NCBI GenBank assembly: GCA_043228905.1
Contig: JBHGNT010000018.1
Location: 7,626,001 to 7,690,000 of the forward strand
Length of the DNA: 64,000 nucleotides
DNA from: Azolla caroliniana
Lineage: Eukaryota > Plantae > Polypodiophyta
Direction of reading: 5' to 3'
The notes under the pieces were generated by a model that worked only from the letters and a program-made list of their open reading frames with translations, had not been told where the DNA came from and made no database searches. The position numbers were made by a program, and so were the translations under genes. This document shows positions 10,556-23,272 of this stretch, piece after piece (position 1 is the stretch's first letter; every line of letters begins with the position of its first letter).

Positions 10556-13500
10556 TCATGCCCGTAACATACTCCCCCTCTTTAAAACATTGCACTCTTG
10601 CAATGGAAAGTTAGGGAAGTTAGTTCTTAGAGTCGTTTCGCGTTCCCATGTGGCATCTTTGATTGATTTATCCATCCATTTTATTTTAAATTCTCGGATT
10701 TCCTTAGTACGTAATTTTTTTGTTTTAACATCGAGAATTCTTTCTGGTACATGTGGTTTAGAAGATAAATCTTCAGAAGTAACCAGAGTTTCAGTTGTAA
10801 CTGTATTGTCGCCAGAACCTAGAAGTTCTTTTAGACGACTTACATGAAAGACTGGATGGATTCCAACACCATCGGGAAGAGCGAGACGATAGGCTGATGA
10901 TCCAATGCGTTTGAGGACTGTAAAAGGTCCACAAAACCGTGGGGCTAACTTAGCGCACTTACCCGTAGACAATGTCTTAGAATTGTGAGGTACACGTAAA
11001 AATACCTTCTGTCCAGGGCTGAATACACGAGGTTGCCTGTGATGATCGGCATAAAAACGCGCTCTATCTTGAGCTGTTTTTATATTATCCCGTGCAATAT
11101 GCAACATATCTTGCATATCCCGAAGAAAGTTTTGCGTACTTCGCAACTCATCATGATGTATATTAACATCAATCGGGGCTCGTGGCTGAAATCCATACAT
11201 CAACATAAAAGGACTATATCCCGTCGACGTATGCTTGGAGCTGTTATAAGCAAACTCCAAAATTGGGAGGTAACGTTCCCATTTTGTTGGTTTTGCACCA
11301 ACGTATGCTCGAAGCATGTCCTCAATAATTTGATTTACTCGTTCTGTCTGTCCATCGGATTGAGGATGATCCGTGGAGCTCATGCTCAACGTAGTTTCTA
11401 ACTTCTTAAAGACTTGCGTCCAGAAGTCACTAGTAAACTTCGGATCTCGGTCACTCACGATATCCATCGGTAACCCGTAAAAACGAAATAACTCATCAAC
11501 GAATTGGTAAGCCAATTCAGGAGCTGTTACCGTGGTTTTAGTAGCAATAAATCTGGCCATTTTAGTTAGTCTGTCAACCACAACCCATATGGCATCATGA
11601 CCTTTTTGGGTGCGAGGAAGGCTAACAATAAAATCCATGGATATACTTTCCCACTTATTATTGGGAATGTCCAAGGGATGTAAAAGTCCTGCGGCTTTAA
11701 GTCGCTCGGCTTTGTTAACCTGACATTGGTGACATTTAGTCACATAGCTATGTATGTCAGGACGCATCTTAGGCCAATATAATTGAGTGGAGATGAGAAC
11801 GAGTGTACGATGTATTCCAGGGTGCCCTGCTGAGGGTGCATCATGGCATTAAAAAAGAATTCTCTTTTTGACCTCAGGTAAATCTGGAACACAAACCTTC
11901 CCATTACGGTAGAGCAGACCGTTAGCAATGTGGAAGTATTCCTTCGAGGGTGTGGTGGTGTCTGTTCCAGACTCGACTCTTGCCCAGTATTTTGCAAAAT
12001 AATTGTCATCAGGATACTTTCCTCAAAGGTGATCATAAAGATCTGATGTTATTTCAGTGAAGCTAAGCATGTTAACTTCACGGATGCGACTTAGTGCATC
12101 AGCGACAGTATTCATGGAACCTTTACGATATCGTATGGAAAAATCAAAGTCCTGGATGAGATCAGCCCATCGTGCCTTACGACCTTTCAGGTCTTGTTGG
12201 TCACAAAAATATTTCAAGGACTCGTGGTCCGTAGTTACCACAAAGCGATTTCCATAAAGATAATGGCGCCATGTTTTGAGCGCATGTATAACCGCAAATA
12301 ATTCCTTTTCTTGAACGGTATACCGACATTGAGCAGACTCAAGTTTCTTACTCTCGAATGCTATTGGTTTACCATCTTGATACAAGACAGCACCTATAGC
12401 ATAATCGCTTGCGTCGGTTTCAACCTCAAAAGGTTTTGAAGGATCGGGTAAAAGAAGTGAAGGAGCCTTGCATACCAAGTCCTTGAGTTCCTTAAAGGCG
12501 AGGTCTAGTGTAGCATTCCACACAATAGGTTTTGTAGACTTACGCGTTTGACCTTTTAGAAGATCAGTAAACGGCGTCGTCAATTGTGAGTAATTACGAA
12601 GAGATTTTCGCAAAAATCCGACAAAACCAAGGAATGATCGAACTTCTCGAATATTCCGAAGAGTGGGCCAAAGCTTGATTTTCTCGATGTGAGAAGGATC
12701 AATTTCAACTCCTCGTTCGGTTATGAGATGTCCAAGATAAGTAATTGATTTCTTGAAGAACTCACATTTTGAGATCTTCGCGTAAAATTGTTTGTCACGC
12801 AATATTTGTAAAACAAAGCGGACATGTCTAGCATGTTCTTGTAATGTACGGCTATAAACTAAAATATCATCTAAGAAGATAACGACAAATTTTCCAAGTT
12901 GTTCTCGGAAAATGTCATTCATTTCTTGTTGAAATGTAGCCGGAGCATTGGTCAAACCAAAAGGCATAACCAAAAACTCATAATGGCCGTAGCGCGTACG
13001 AAATGCTGTTTTAGGAACATCGTCCTCACTTATTCGTATTTGATGGTAGCCAGTACGGAGATCAAGTTTCGTAAAATACCGAGCTCCCTGGAGACGGTCA
13101 ATTAGATCGTCAGCCCGGGGCAATGGGTACGAATTCTTGATCGTCACTTTATTCAAGCGTCGGTAATTAATACACATACGCCATGTGCCCTCTTTCTTTT
13201 TAACCAAGAGAACTGGTGCACCCCATGGAGATTTACTATAACGTATATAACCCATTCGTAAATAGTCCTTAAGTTGCTTAGCTACCTCATCCTCTTCAGA
13301 TCGACTTAGGCGATACGGAGGTATACTAATGGGTGCAATGCCAGGTACAATATCTATACGATGGTCTATATTACGTTTAGGAGGTAAACCATCGGGTAGT
13401 TCACTCGGAAAAACATCACGAAAATCGTTTACGATTTCATCAAGTTGTTTTTGTTCAAAATATGTTAATTGACCCGAGACATTATCGATATTGTAAACGT

Positions 13501-15079
13501 GAATGTCCGGATCAAGTACACAATAAAATAACGTAGAACAAGACAACTCGGATATTGATGGACACGAGGAAACAATCGAGAGGGATTGTTTTGTTACACA
13601 TTGAATAAAATGCGTACAATCGTTGAGTACAAAAGAAATGGAATGGCGAACCCAATCAATAAATAAAGAAGAGCTTTTATTATAAAACCAGGGATAACCC
13701 AGTATTACATCGGTGGTACTAAGATTCATTACATGGAAGTCTACTTCCTCTATATAGGTATCAATAGAAATTCCTAAAGAATGAATCGCCCCGTTGATGT
13801 GTTGTACTCTTCCATCAGCCAAGTGCACCGTGTAGGTGTGATCACTTACGGTGGGTTGGATTCCCCATATCTGTACCAAACGATCATTCACAAAATTGTG
13901 TGAGCTTCCCGAATCAAATAAAAATTGTACGGGAGATCCATTGATATACCCGTTTGCACGTAGTAAATCATTGGGACCCAATACATAATGAGGGAAAGAA
14001 CATTGACAATTACTCAAATGATGTGTATAGACCTGAAGGACATTAGGAATCTGACCTTTATGGTCTGTAGCTTTAGGTTTGGCGTCGTGCTCTTTTCGTT
14101 GGAGCTTACGACATTGCTCTTTTGTATGACCCTTCTTTTTGCAGAATACGCAAAAAGGATGTTGTCGCTTATAATCGCGATCCATGAATTCGTTGGGTGT
14201 CTTGCGTTTCCCAACGAATTGCGACTGCTTAGTCCCGGGCGCTTCGTTGGGTTTGTTATGGTCCTTCTTCGAAGTGCGTTGATAGCGAAGAACTATCTCA
14301 ACGGCCTCTTCGAAGGATTTTGGATCCTTATCGTGCACTATCCAGTGATAGTCCGAATTGGGGATGCCATTGACAAAACAAGCTATTAACCAATTGTCCC
14401 CTTCTAGACCCGATTTTTGGATTTGGGTTCTAGCATGGTGGACATAGTCTTCTAGCGAGGAAAACTTCCTGCTAGAGAGGTTCATTAAAGCTTGTGCTGC
14501 CTCGGTTCGAGAGGGAGGTTGTAGAAATTGACCCTTGAAAACTGTGACAAAGTCTGTCCAGGTCTCGGGCAATCTCCCCAAAGTTCGGAGCCCACGCCAC
14601 CAAGCGGCGGCCTTACCCCCTAGTTCTCGGCCGACATATGCAATCTTCGTACTATCTGGCGTGGGATAGAGCTCAAAATGAGACTCCCATCGGCCCAGCC
14701 ACGTGCAGATTGCTTCTTCGGTTCTTTCCTTTTTATCTCCCGTAAATGGCTTTACGACAAATGATGGTTCACCCTGACGCTCATCAGGTCTATTAATCTC
14801 ATTTTGGAGACTAATGACTCGTGCCTCGAGAGCACTTTGAGATTGCCGAAATTCGGTCAACTGCTGCGCGGTTGAACTAAGGAAATGTTGTACTTGTAAA
14901 ATATACGCCTCAATGGACATTGTCCCAGGAGGATTTCCTTGAGGTCTTTCCGCTTGAGCGGAGGGCATCGGGTCGTTATTCTGAGCCATTGAATGATTAT
15001 TTCTGGCAAAGAAATAAGATAAGGTCAGACAAATAGTCATAACATCTTGTCGTGGTGTAAACATATCATGGGCAAACAT
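10556..15079 (-). pseudogene. Single-frame gag-pol (gag CCHC, PR, RT, RNase H, INT, group II chromodomain) with two in-frame stops
   Basis: [47 protein letters not shown]...IKW...ATWE. TGA at 12023-12025 and TAA at 11849-11851 are in the same frame. Confidence 0.95.
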
Positions 15080-16169
15080 TAATCGATATCATGATCTCAC
15101 GTCAATACCCCTCTAGACGTATGAGATGAGGTTCAAGATCAGGTTACTATGGTAACACAGAGGCGTTTTAAAAACCATGGGGGTGACAAATGAATGCCTT
15201 TCCCTGATCTCTATATCGATTTTTTTCATGGCGGCTCCCCGAGGCTCAACCATGTATGTTCGCGTCATGAATAGTTTATACACGAAAAAAATGTTAACAA
15301 TAACTATGTTTCTGTGCCCACATATGTGGTTTCGGCTCTTTAAGTCCTATTACGAGGACCCCGAAGTGCACTTAGACCTAAAGTCTAAACATGTATTATA
15401 GTCATATGTATCAACGATGTTGTATGGTGTTGGTCATATTTGAACTCGAGACCTCAAGGACAAATACATTAAACACTTGAGCCAACCAAGTAGATTGCGC
15501 GTCTTGAATGTTTAATGTTTGAGGCGTATTCGAGATATGCGAGGCATTTGCCCCTATATGTTTTTTTTAAAAGAAACATATAGGTCAAGTGGCCTTATTT
15601 CTCCCTCATTTATTACCCACTATGGTTGTATGCTACCTACCCTCAAGCCTCGTAAGTACAATGGCATATGCCAAAGTGTAACCTAATGGTCAAGCCGAAT
15701 GAGCCCTTGTGTCTTCGTAGGCTCATGTGGCCCATCACATGGTCACGTCATTACGAATGGCGCTCGTAAGAACGAGCTCATGGTGGCATCGTATCCATGT
15801 AACGAGGGGAGATGTTGGATACGTGTGTCATTAGAGCGACCCTACTTGATGTGGATCAAGCCCGACGTATTCAACATCATTTTGGCTATACGAGGTTCGT
15901 TACGTAACGAAAGATCAAAGTGACCAACGGGAATTTCAACAATAAAAATTGTTGATAAAAGGGATGGTGACAACGCCATTCTCACAAAAATGTGAGGACG
16001 GCCACCAAAATCCTCTCCCCAATTAGGAAAACATTTGATATGAATCACGTAATCTAAAATATACACATATGTCAATATATCACATATATACGATCAGAGA
16101 CGTATATAAGTGACCACATATGCATATACTAAATGAATCGTTTTTTTTATATAGCCAACAATGATGTAT

Positions 16170-16440
16170 TCGGGATACGTAATCGAGGCATATACCTCTA
16201 CGCACACGAAACATCCGAAAATAAGGTTAAGCGTAATTCGCAATTGAGGTATTGACCTCTTACGCATAGTAAATCCAACGCATATAATTTCGAACGAATC
16301 GAGGTATTGACCTCGTACGCGAACGTAACATATGTTCGTGAACGTAATACGCAATTGAGGTAGTAACCTCGTACGCATACGACACTCATCACATATGATT
16401 TATATGTCAAACGAGGTATTGACCTCGTGGACATATGTAA
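16170..16440. repeat. Array of five hairpin repeats (GAGGT-N4-ACCTC core) separated by unique spacers in the retrotransposon 5' leader
   Basis: GAGG cores at 16185, 16246, 16301, 16357 and 16413, giving periods of 61, 55, 56 and 56. Confidence 0.85.
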
Positions 16441-16650
16441 ACGTTTAAGATAACCAATTAAATACCACGTCAACATCATTGAATATATGAAAAAAAAAAT
16501 TACATATTAAGTATACACATGTATAGAAGGGAGAAGAAAAAATTAGATAAAAAATTAAGGAAAATTTACCAAAGTTCTTTCGCTAATCCTTGTCTGCATG
16601 AAGGCGACCGAGAAGACAAAAAGAAAACCAAAAGAAACGTTAGTACATAG

Positions 16651-16662
16651 GCTCTGATACCA
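16651..16662 (-). promoter_or_regulatory. Primer binding site, tRNA-iMet
   Basis: TGGTATCAGAGC two bases after the 5' LTR. Confidence 0.92.
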
Positions 16663-17135
16663 AATATTAGAGATTAGGTACTAAAGTAAGCATAAAATAA
16701 GGATATATCAATGATAGATCTACAAAGAATAGAGAGAAAAGAGAGAAAGAAGGGTGCCGATCCACCCGACCACCCCCGAGCGAAGGGATCGAGACGGACT
16801 CGAGCCTCGATCGGCGTCCCATACCACCGCCTTGGCGTCGAGTCGTACTTGGACGATAGCGCGCTTGCTACAAGAGTCGTTCCACTCACGGACAGAGTCT
16901 CGACGTAGTCAATGCATGCCCCAAATGAGGGTAGCTAGGCCTCTTATTTATAGTAATTCTCAAGGCCCCCAGCCATGTTCACACTTGGCCTCATGGGTTG
17001 TCTCAATCCCGAGGATTAAAAGTAATCCTCCCCTTCTTTAGACTCTTTGTTTAACCCTCACACTTATCCACGTGTATAGAATACTACGACAATTCTCACC
17101 ACGGGATATTATATGGTCATGCCCGTAACACCTAG

Positions 17136-19950
17136 GATTACTTGCTTTTGATTATCGAAGGCTAGATCACCAAGACGAGGAGCTAGATACGATTGTCATG
17201 ATAATGCATCTGCCTTGCCCTATTTCTTGCCCTGACGATATGTAATCTTGAAGTCGAAACGAGTGAGGAAATGAGCCCACTGAACTTGTCATCTGTTTAA
17301 CACACGAGCATTGTGGTAGCATGCAAGGTTCTTGTGATGACAAAATACAGTGACTTAATGAGGAGATCCTTCTAAAAAATGCCTCCATTGTGCAAAAGAA
17401 TCCATTATTACTAACAAGTCCTTATCATGTACTCGTAGTTGATTTTGGTGGCATCAAATTTGCGCAAGTGGAAAGCCACGGGATGTAGCTTCTGATCATC
17501 ACCTTGCTATGACAAAATACTACCGAAGGCAAAATCTAACGCGTCAACCTCAATGATAAATGGTTTTTGCGGATCAACATGAGCTAGAATAGGAGCCGAT
17601 GCAAATGCTTTCTTGAGACCTTCAAAAGTCGTGTTCGCTTCCTTAGACCAAACAAATGATTGTCCCTTCTTTGTAAGTTGTGTGAGTGGTAAAATAAGCT
17701 TTGAGTAGTCCTGTATAAACTTGCGGTAGAAATTTGCAAATCCTAAAAAGTATTGCACATTTCACAATGAACGTGGAGTTTGCCACTCTAACACAGTTTG
17801 GACTTTAGCTAGATCCATAGATATGCCTTCCAAGGAGATAACATAGCCTAGAAATTCTACCTGGTTACATGTACTAATAATACATGATAATCATGGTCCT
17901 CCCGTGTCTTTGAAGAAACTAGTAGATCATCCAAGTAGATGATCAAACAAATGTACAAAAGATCTTAGAATATATCATTTGCCATGTGCTGGAACACTGT
18001 TTGTGCAGTGGTGAGGCCGAATGGTATAACCGTATACTCAAAGTGCCTATATTGAGTGCGAAAAGTGGTCTTCCTTTCATCTCCCGGTCGGTTCTGTACG
18101 AGGTTATATGCACCTCGTAAGTTGATCTTTGTGAAGAACTTTGCTCCATTAATATATTCTAAAACGCTCGAGATAAGGGGAAGTGCATACCTATTCCTGA
18201 TGGTGACCTTATTCAAGCCACGATAATCCACAACAAGACGAAGTGATCAATCCTTTTTCTTGACAACGAGAATGGGCGCGCCGACTGTAGATTTTGAATG
18301 TTGAATGAACTCGTTTGCCAAATTCTCCTCTATGTAGGCTTGAAGGACTTCTACCTCGGTGGGTGACAAGTTGTAGATCGGTCCCCATGGTGGTTCTTTT
18401 CGTGGTTGTAAATCAATGGGATAATCATTTGGTCGATGGTGAGGAAAAGTACTAGCTTTTACCTTATCAAAAATGTCGGCGTAATGATGATATTTCTTTG
18501 GAAGTTGAATTGTTGACTCCTTGGCAGTGTTAGAAGGTTTCACTAATACTGCGAATACAAACATTGATTCCTTCTGTCCTTCCTCACGCAATTGATGTAG
18601 TGAAACAGTTGAAATCTTGTGAGTAGATTCTCGAGATTGTCGATACCTAATTTCTCTTGTTCTCCAATGTATGTTTGGATTGTGTAATTCGAACCATGGT
18701 AACTGCAAAACAATTGGATATTTTGGACTATTAATTATATTAAATGATACCACATACACCAAATTAATTAGGACAACACTAATTGGCTCTGACTCTTCTA
18801 TGATATTTCTAGAAGCAATGGGGCGACCATCAATGACTAGTATAGAAGCTGGGCAAGGGAGTTTTCTTAGGGATACTGATGAGCTTGGGTAAAATTCTTA
18901 TCCATGAAGCAAGAATTGGCTCTAGAATCTAGGAGTGCTAAGACACATACTAGAGGGTTACTTTTAGTACTAATTGTTACTTGAGCTAGGAAGACATTGC
19001 TAACTTGCTTAGAGGGAATGGAACCACTAATGGGCTGCACAGATCTAGGGTTGTCCAACCAAACGACTCCTATTTTGGCTGGACTTAGTTGTTTAACTCT
19101 TCGTCTAGTTGACTAAGGACTTCAAATTTGTTTGATAGGCTTGGGCTATTAGGACTATCAAACACTCCTAATGGAATAGACTCGGGTCTATTACTATTAG
19201 TACTAGCGACTATTTGATTTACCTCTCTTCTTGGCCTATGAGGAAAGTTCACTGCAATATGCCCCGGTCGACCGCAATAAAGACATAGTCGGTTTGTTTG
19301 GCGTTGTTGCTTTTCCTCTTCCGATAATGGTCCACGACGATGTGTGGTGTCGATTTCCATTGGCGTTGGAGTATTTTCCAGAGACGCATTATATGACTCC
19401 CTTGGAAAAGGTTTTGCTACAACTGAAGCATAGGTGGGCTCTGATCTTGTCCATGGCTTTTGGAACTGACGTTCTGAACATTGTTCGAAAAGCCAGTTAT
19501 TGCAACGTACCACGCGACTGATTGCATTTATGAGCGACTTTGGTTCTTTAGGGAAAGTCAAGAGTAGATCCTTGACCTCTTACGTAGGCCATAGAGAAAT
19601 TGCTCCATCAATGCTTGGTGATCCCAGGGAATATCAGTGGCGAGAAGATGGAAATCCGCAGCATAGGCTGAGGCCGGCCAATCACCTTGATGCAGTCTTC
19701 GGGTTTTGTTGATTTCCGTCCTAATGCCATCGATATCTCCAAAAATGTTTTAAACTCGCTAATAAATTCCTCAAAATTATTTAACAAAGAAGAGTCGTTT
19801 TCTAACAAAGGGGCAAACCATGCCAAAGTGTTTCCACTAAGTAGTGTGCCTACTAGTCCCACTCATGACGCATCGGTGGGATATCGAGAAGGATGCATTT
19901 GAATCGCCAAACTTACCTGATTAAGAAATCCTCTAAACTGTGATCGCGTT
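17136..19950 (-). pseudogene. gag-PR-RT-RNaseH of Tcn1-like element, disrupted
   Basis: CLYCGRPGHIA knuckle, ALLDSRANS protease, DYRGLNK, YLDDLL and IIEVDALD, with many stops and frameshifts. Confidence 0.9.
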
Positions 19951-20711
19951 CCAGGGTTCCTTGTGAGTCCCTTGAGTGCTTGGTCCCTCTTGTTGCAATG
20001 ACACAATATTTGCTTCAAGTTGTTGCACGTGTAACATCAACTCCCCATGTTGTTAATTTTCTAGTGCTATTTGTTGAAGATCCCCCAACAAACAATGATT
20101 TTCTTGTTCTAGTGCTACAAACTTTTCTTTTAAGCACTGGAGCTCCGAGAAAACAAATTGGTATTCTTGAGCGCTAACAGTTGCCATTTAGTATTGGAGG
20201 AAGGAAGGATAAGAGGATTAGTATGAAGGGAAGGAGGGATAAGAAGATGATGAATTTGGTTCAAACTGTCAAGGATAGTACTAGAGGCAAGTAGAATTAG
20301 TACTAAAGATAGAGGAGAAGAATGAGGATTAGTACTAAGAAGGGAAAGAGTGTGTGAGAATCACGAGAGGGGAAGAGAGAGAGAGAGAGAGAGAGAAAAT
20401 GATGATAACAAGAAGTATATTATATGAAGAAAGATACAAGAATAGTTAGGAGGCTTAAGACTGGCATTGAACAGAATTGGTTCTGAATAATGTCATGTGC
20501 CTCTATTTATTGTACTCTCAGAAGTACTCTTGAAGTTTCTAGAATGTTCAAGAGTAATCTGGAATATACATGAATTTCCTATGGTGAAATAATAAATGAA
20601 AATAATATCTTTCGTATTATAATGCATGGTTTAATGGTAAGGGTTCAACTCATGTAACACAAGCTCATGGGTTCAAATTCTTTTGGAGCTATACCATGCC
20701 ATATCATGACA

Positions 20712-21330
20712 GCTTTTACCCTTCACAAAGGACCTAATTAGCTATGACTATTGTAGTAATGTAGCTTACTATAGCTAATTAGCTACCACACTATAGTTTG
20801 GAAGTAGCTAATTAGTTGATAGAAAGTTTATTATTGTAGCTAATTAGCTAAGCACACTAATCCACACATTAGTGTGCTTAGCTAATTAGCTACTACTTTC
20901 CTACAAGTTTAGCTAATTAGCTACTAACTATAGATTGGTAGTAGTTAATTAACTTCTATACTTTACGAAGTAGCTAACTAGCTATCACTAATTTACTAAT
21001 GTAGCTAATTAGCTACCACACTTTATATTGCTTAGCTAATTAGCTATTTCTTTTCTACAACTTCGCTAATTAGCTACTACACTATAGATTGGCAGTAGTT
21101 CATTAGATTCTACACTTCACGAAGTAGCTAATTAGCTACCACTTTTTAACTACTACAACTAATTAGGTACAATAATTAGCTATTGTTTTTCTACAACCTT
21201 GGCTAATTATCTACTACACTATAGATTGGCAGTACCTAATTAGTTGCTACACTTCATTGCTTAGCTAGCGACCACTTTTTAACTATTGTAGCTAATTATC
21301 TAATTAGCAACAACACCTATTACCTATTAC
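20712..21330. repeat. TAGCTAATTAGCTA palindrome array (right part of split intron)
   Basis: Dozens of TAGCTAATTAGCTA cores with a recurring linker ACTATAGATTGGCAG. Minus-strand GT donor at 21330. Confidence 0.9.
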
Positions 21331-22677
21331 CTACTTGTAGAGACAAGAAGCAAATTTACTTGTCTATTTTCTCCACTCATCAAGGAGAGTTGTATTGCAA
21401 TCCCCCAAACATACTGCAACAGTGCAATAGGCATATGAAAAACAAGTGATATGATATGTATGTTGGCATGCTCATAGGTGTACCAACATAGTAGAAGTTA
21501 TGTCCTCTATGGCTAAGCCACAAGCGATGCAACATGCTTGAATAGTCAATCTATTGTTGCCTGGTTCTGCTACTTTTGGTAAGGGAGCAAGAATGTTGAG
21601 GTTGAATTGTTGTCTACACCTTACCATCCCCTCCACAAATTCTAGTTGCTTCTTAAGGCAACTAACTACCTGTTCTTGATTTGTGTATTGTTCTTAGAAT
21701 GCAACCAAAATTTTTACCAATTTATCATTCCTTGAATGAGGAAGAATGAACAACAAGAAACTGGAGTCATTAACTTGGAGGTTCTCACATCGTTATCCGC
21801 GATAGGACTAACACCTAGAAGATCCAGTTTCATTGTAAGAACCTGAATCTCCATTTGTAGCTATATTTTCCACTCGGGATCCAATAGCCCCTTAGTATCG
21901 ACCTCATGTTGAGCAACCTAATCTAGATAATGCGTCACTGAGCACATTTTCATGTACAATTTATTTATAACATATTAGCAAAATAATAACTACCTAAATC
22001 TTGTTTCTAATTGTTTTCACTGCCAACATGACCTTGCTTTCCATGATAATAGCCAAAGTTGCTTTCTCTAAGGTAGACTTTGTTGCTTCCAATGTCTCAT
22101 AGGCTTCATGAACATTTTTCAACATATCACTAATCGATGTCTCATCTGTATCATTGACATTTGCGATCTTGGTGTTTTTGTGTGGTGTCTCATTGTGGTT
22201 TTGCTTAGAGTTAGTAGTTGCATCATCAACTGCCATGCTCTAGAATCGTGCGATATTCTATTGTAGGTTCCCCATCTTTTGGCATCATTCTATCAACGCC
22301 TCACTTGCAAGAGCCCATGCTATCTTGTACATTTTAGGATTAGTTGCTTCCTTCACTGTTTCGCAATACTCATAAGCAAAGGCTTTGGCGAATACAACAG
22401 ACAATTCGTTGTTGACCAGGATCTCTTCATGTACTTTTTGGTGGAGCCTCATGTAGGCGTTATACAACTCTAGTCGTACATGCTTCAGCTTCACTTTTAA
22501 CCTTTCATTCTAGTCACTTTATAGATTGACAACTAGTCTATATCACTAATCAATTTATTTGTTAGCACAATAGGGTCAATACCCTCTAGTGACAGACCAT
22601 ATAGGTGGTTGAAGTCCTCCTTTGTCTTGCAAAACTTGCCGAAGTTTAGCACCCTAGGAAAGGGAGGAAAGAGCCAC
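21331..22677 (-). pseudogene. Exons of RING-H2 zinc finger / coiled-coil protein pseudogene
   Basis: Manual translation of about 21365-21558 gives CCIACGLAIEDITSTMLVHL*ACQHTYHITCFSYAYCTVAVCLGDC. The upstream exon NNELSVVFAKAFAYEY...KIAWA is homologous to 62751-63060. Splice sites at 22678 and 21993. Confidence 0.7.
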
Positions 22678-23272
22678 CTGAAATAAAAAATCAATATATG
22701 TTACCTCTACTGGGACATGTGTATTTAGAATCATAATTAGTAGGGAAGAATAAAAAATAAAAAATCAGGGACATGCATCAAAATCCAAAATCAAGGTTGG
22801 TGGAAATTTACAAACAAACATACATTGTAATCAGAAATGGGTATTGATGCAAAATTTCAACCCTCATCAGAAATTTGTACCATATCAACCCTAATAAAAA
22901 ATGTGTATGAAATCAACCCTAAAATAGAGATTTTCTAATCAGAAATGTGTACCAAATCAACCCTAATCAGAATATTTCAACCCTAATCAGATAATGTGTA
23001 TGAAATCAACCCTAAAATATAGATTTTCTAATTAGAAATGTGTATGAAATCAACCCTAATCATAATTTTTCACAATCTACTTCTATGTACGTCAAGCCCT
23101 AATCATAAATTTTCAACCATACTCAGAAATGTGTATGAAATCAACCGTAATAAGAAATATGTATCAAATCAACCCTAATCAAAAATTTTGACAATCAGAT
23201 TCTATGAATCCTAAATCCTAATCTGATTTTCGCGACATCCGAAATCAGAAATTTTAACAATCAGAAACACAC
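22678..23272 (-). repeat. Intron filled with telo-box-like (AACCCTAA) minisatellite
   Basis: About ten AAATCAACCCTAATCAGAAATGTGTATG-like units lie between a cag|gtgtgt donor and a tttcag acceptor. Confidence 0.7.

Larger units (their letters stand above)
10104..17130 (-). mobile_element. Young full-length Ty3/gypsy chromovirus (Reina/Galadriel-like)
   Basis: 466-bp LTRs at 10104-10569 and 16665-17130 with only two mismatches seen by eye. TSD CCTAG. tRNA-iMet PBS at 16651-16662. PPT at about 10571-10581. Confidence 0.96.
3589..20711 (-). mobile_element. Ty3/gypsy chromovirus, Tcn1-like, degenerate, with two nested insertions
   Basis: LTRs at 20267-20711 and at 3589-8553 (the latter split by the LINE). 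TSD GCTTC/GCTTT. PPT TTAAAGGTGGGGAATAG. Domain order gag-PR-RT-RH-INT-chromodomain. Confidence 0.92.

Noticed and set aside
16170-16440. Bona fide CRISPR array
   Set aside because: Eukaryotic retrotransposon context, imperfect repeats and no cas genes. Reported as a repeat instead.
22860-23230. Interstitial telomere
   Set aside because: AACCCTAA motifs are embedded in longer units and are not tandem TTTAGGG.
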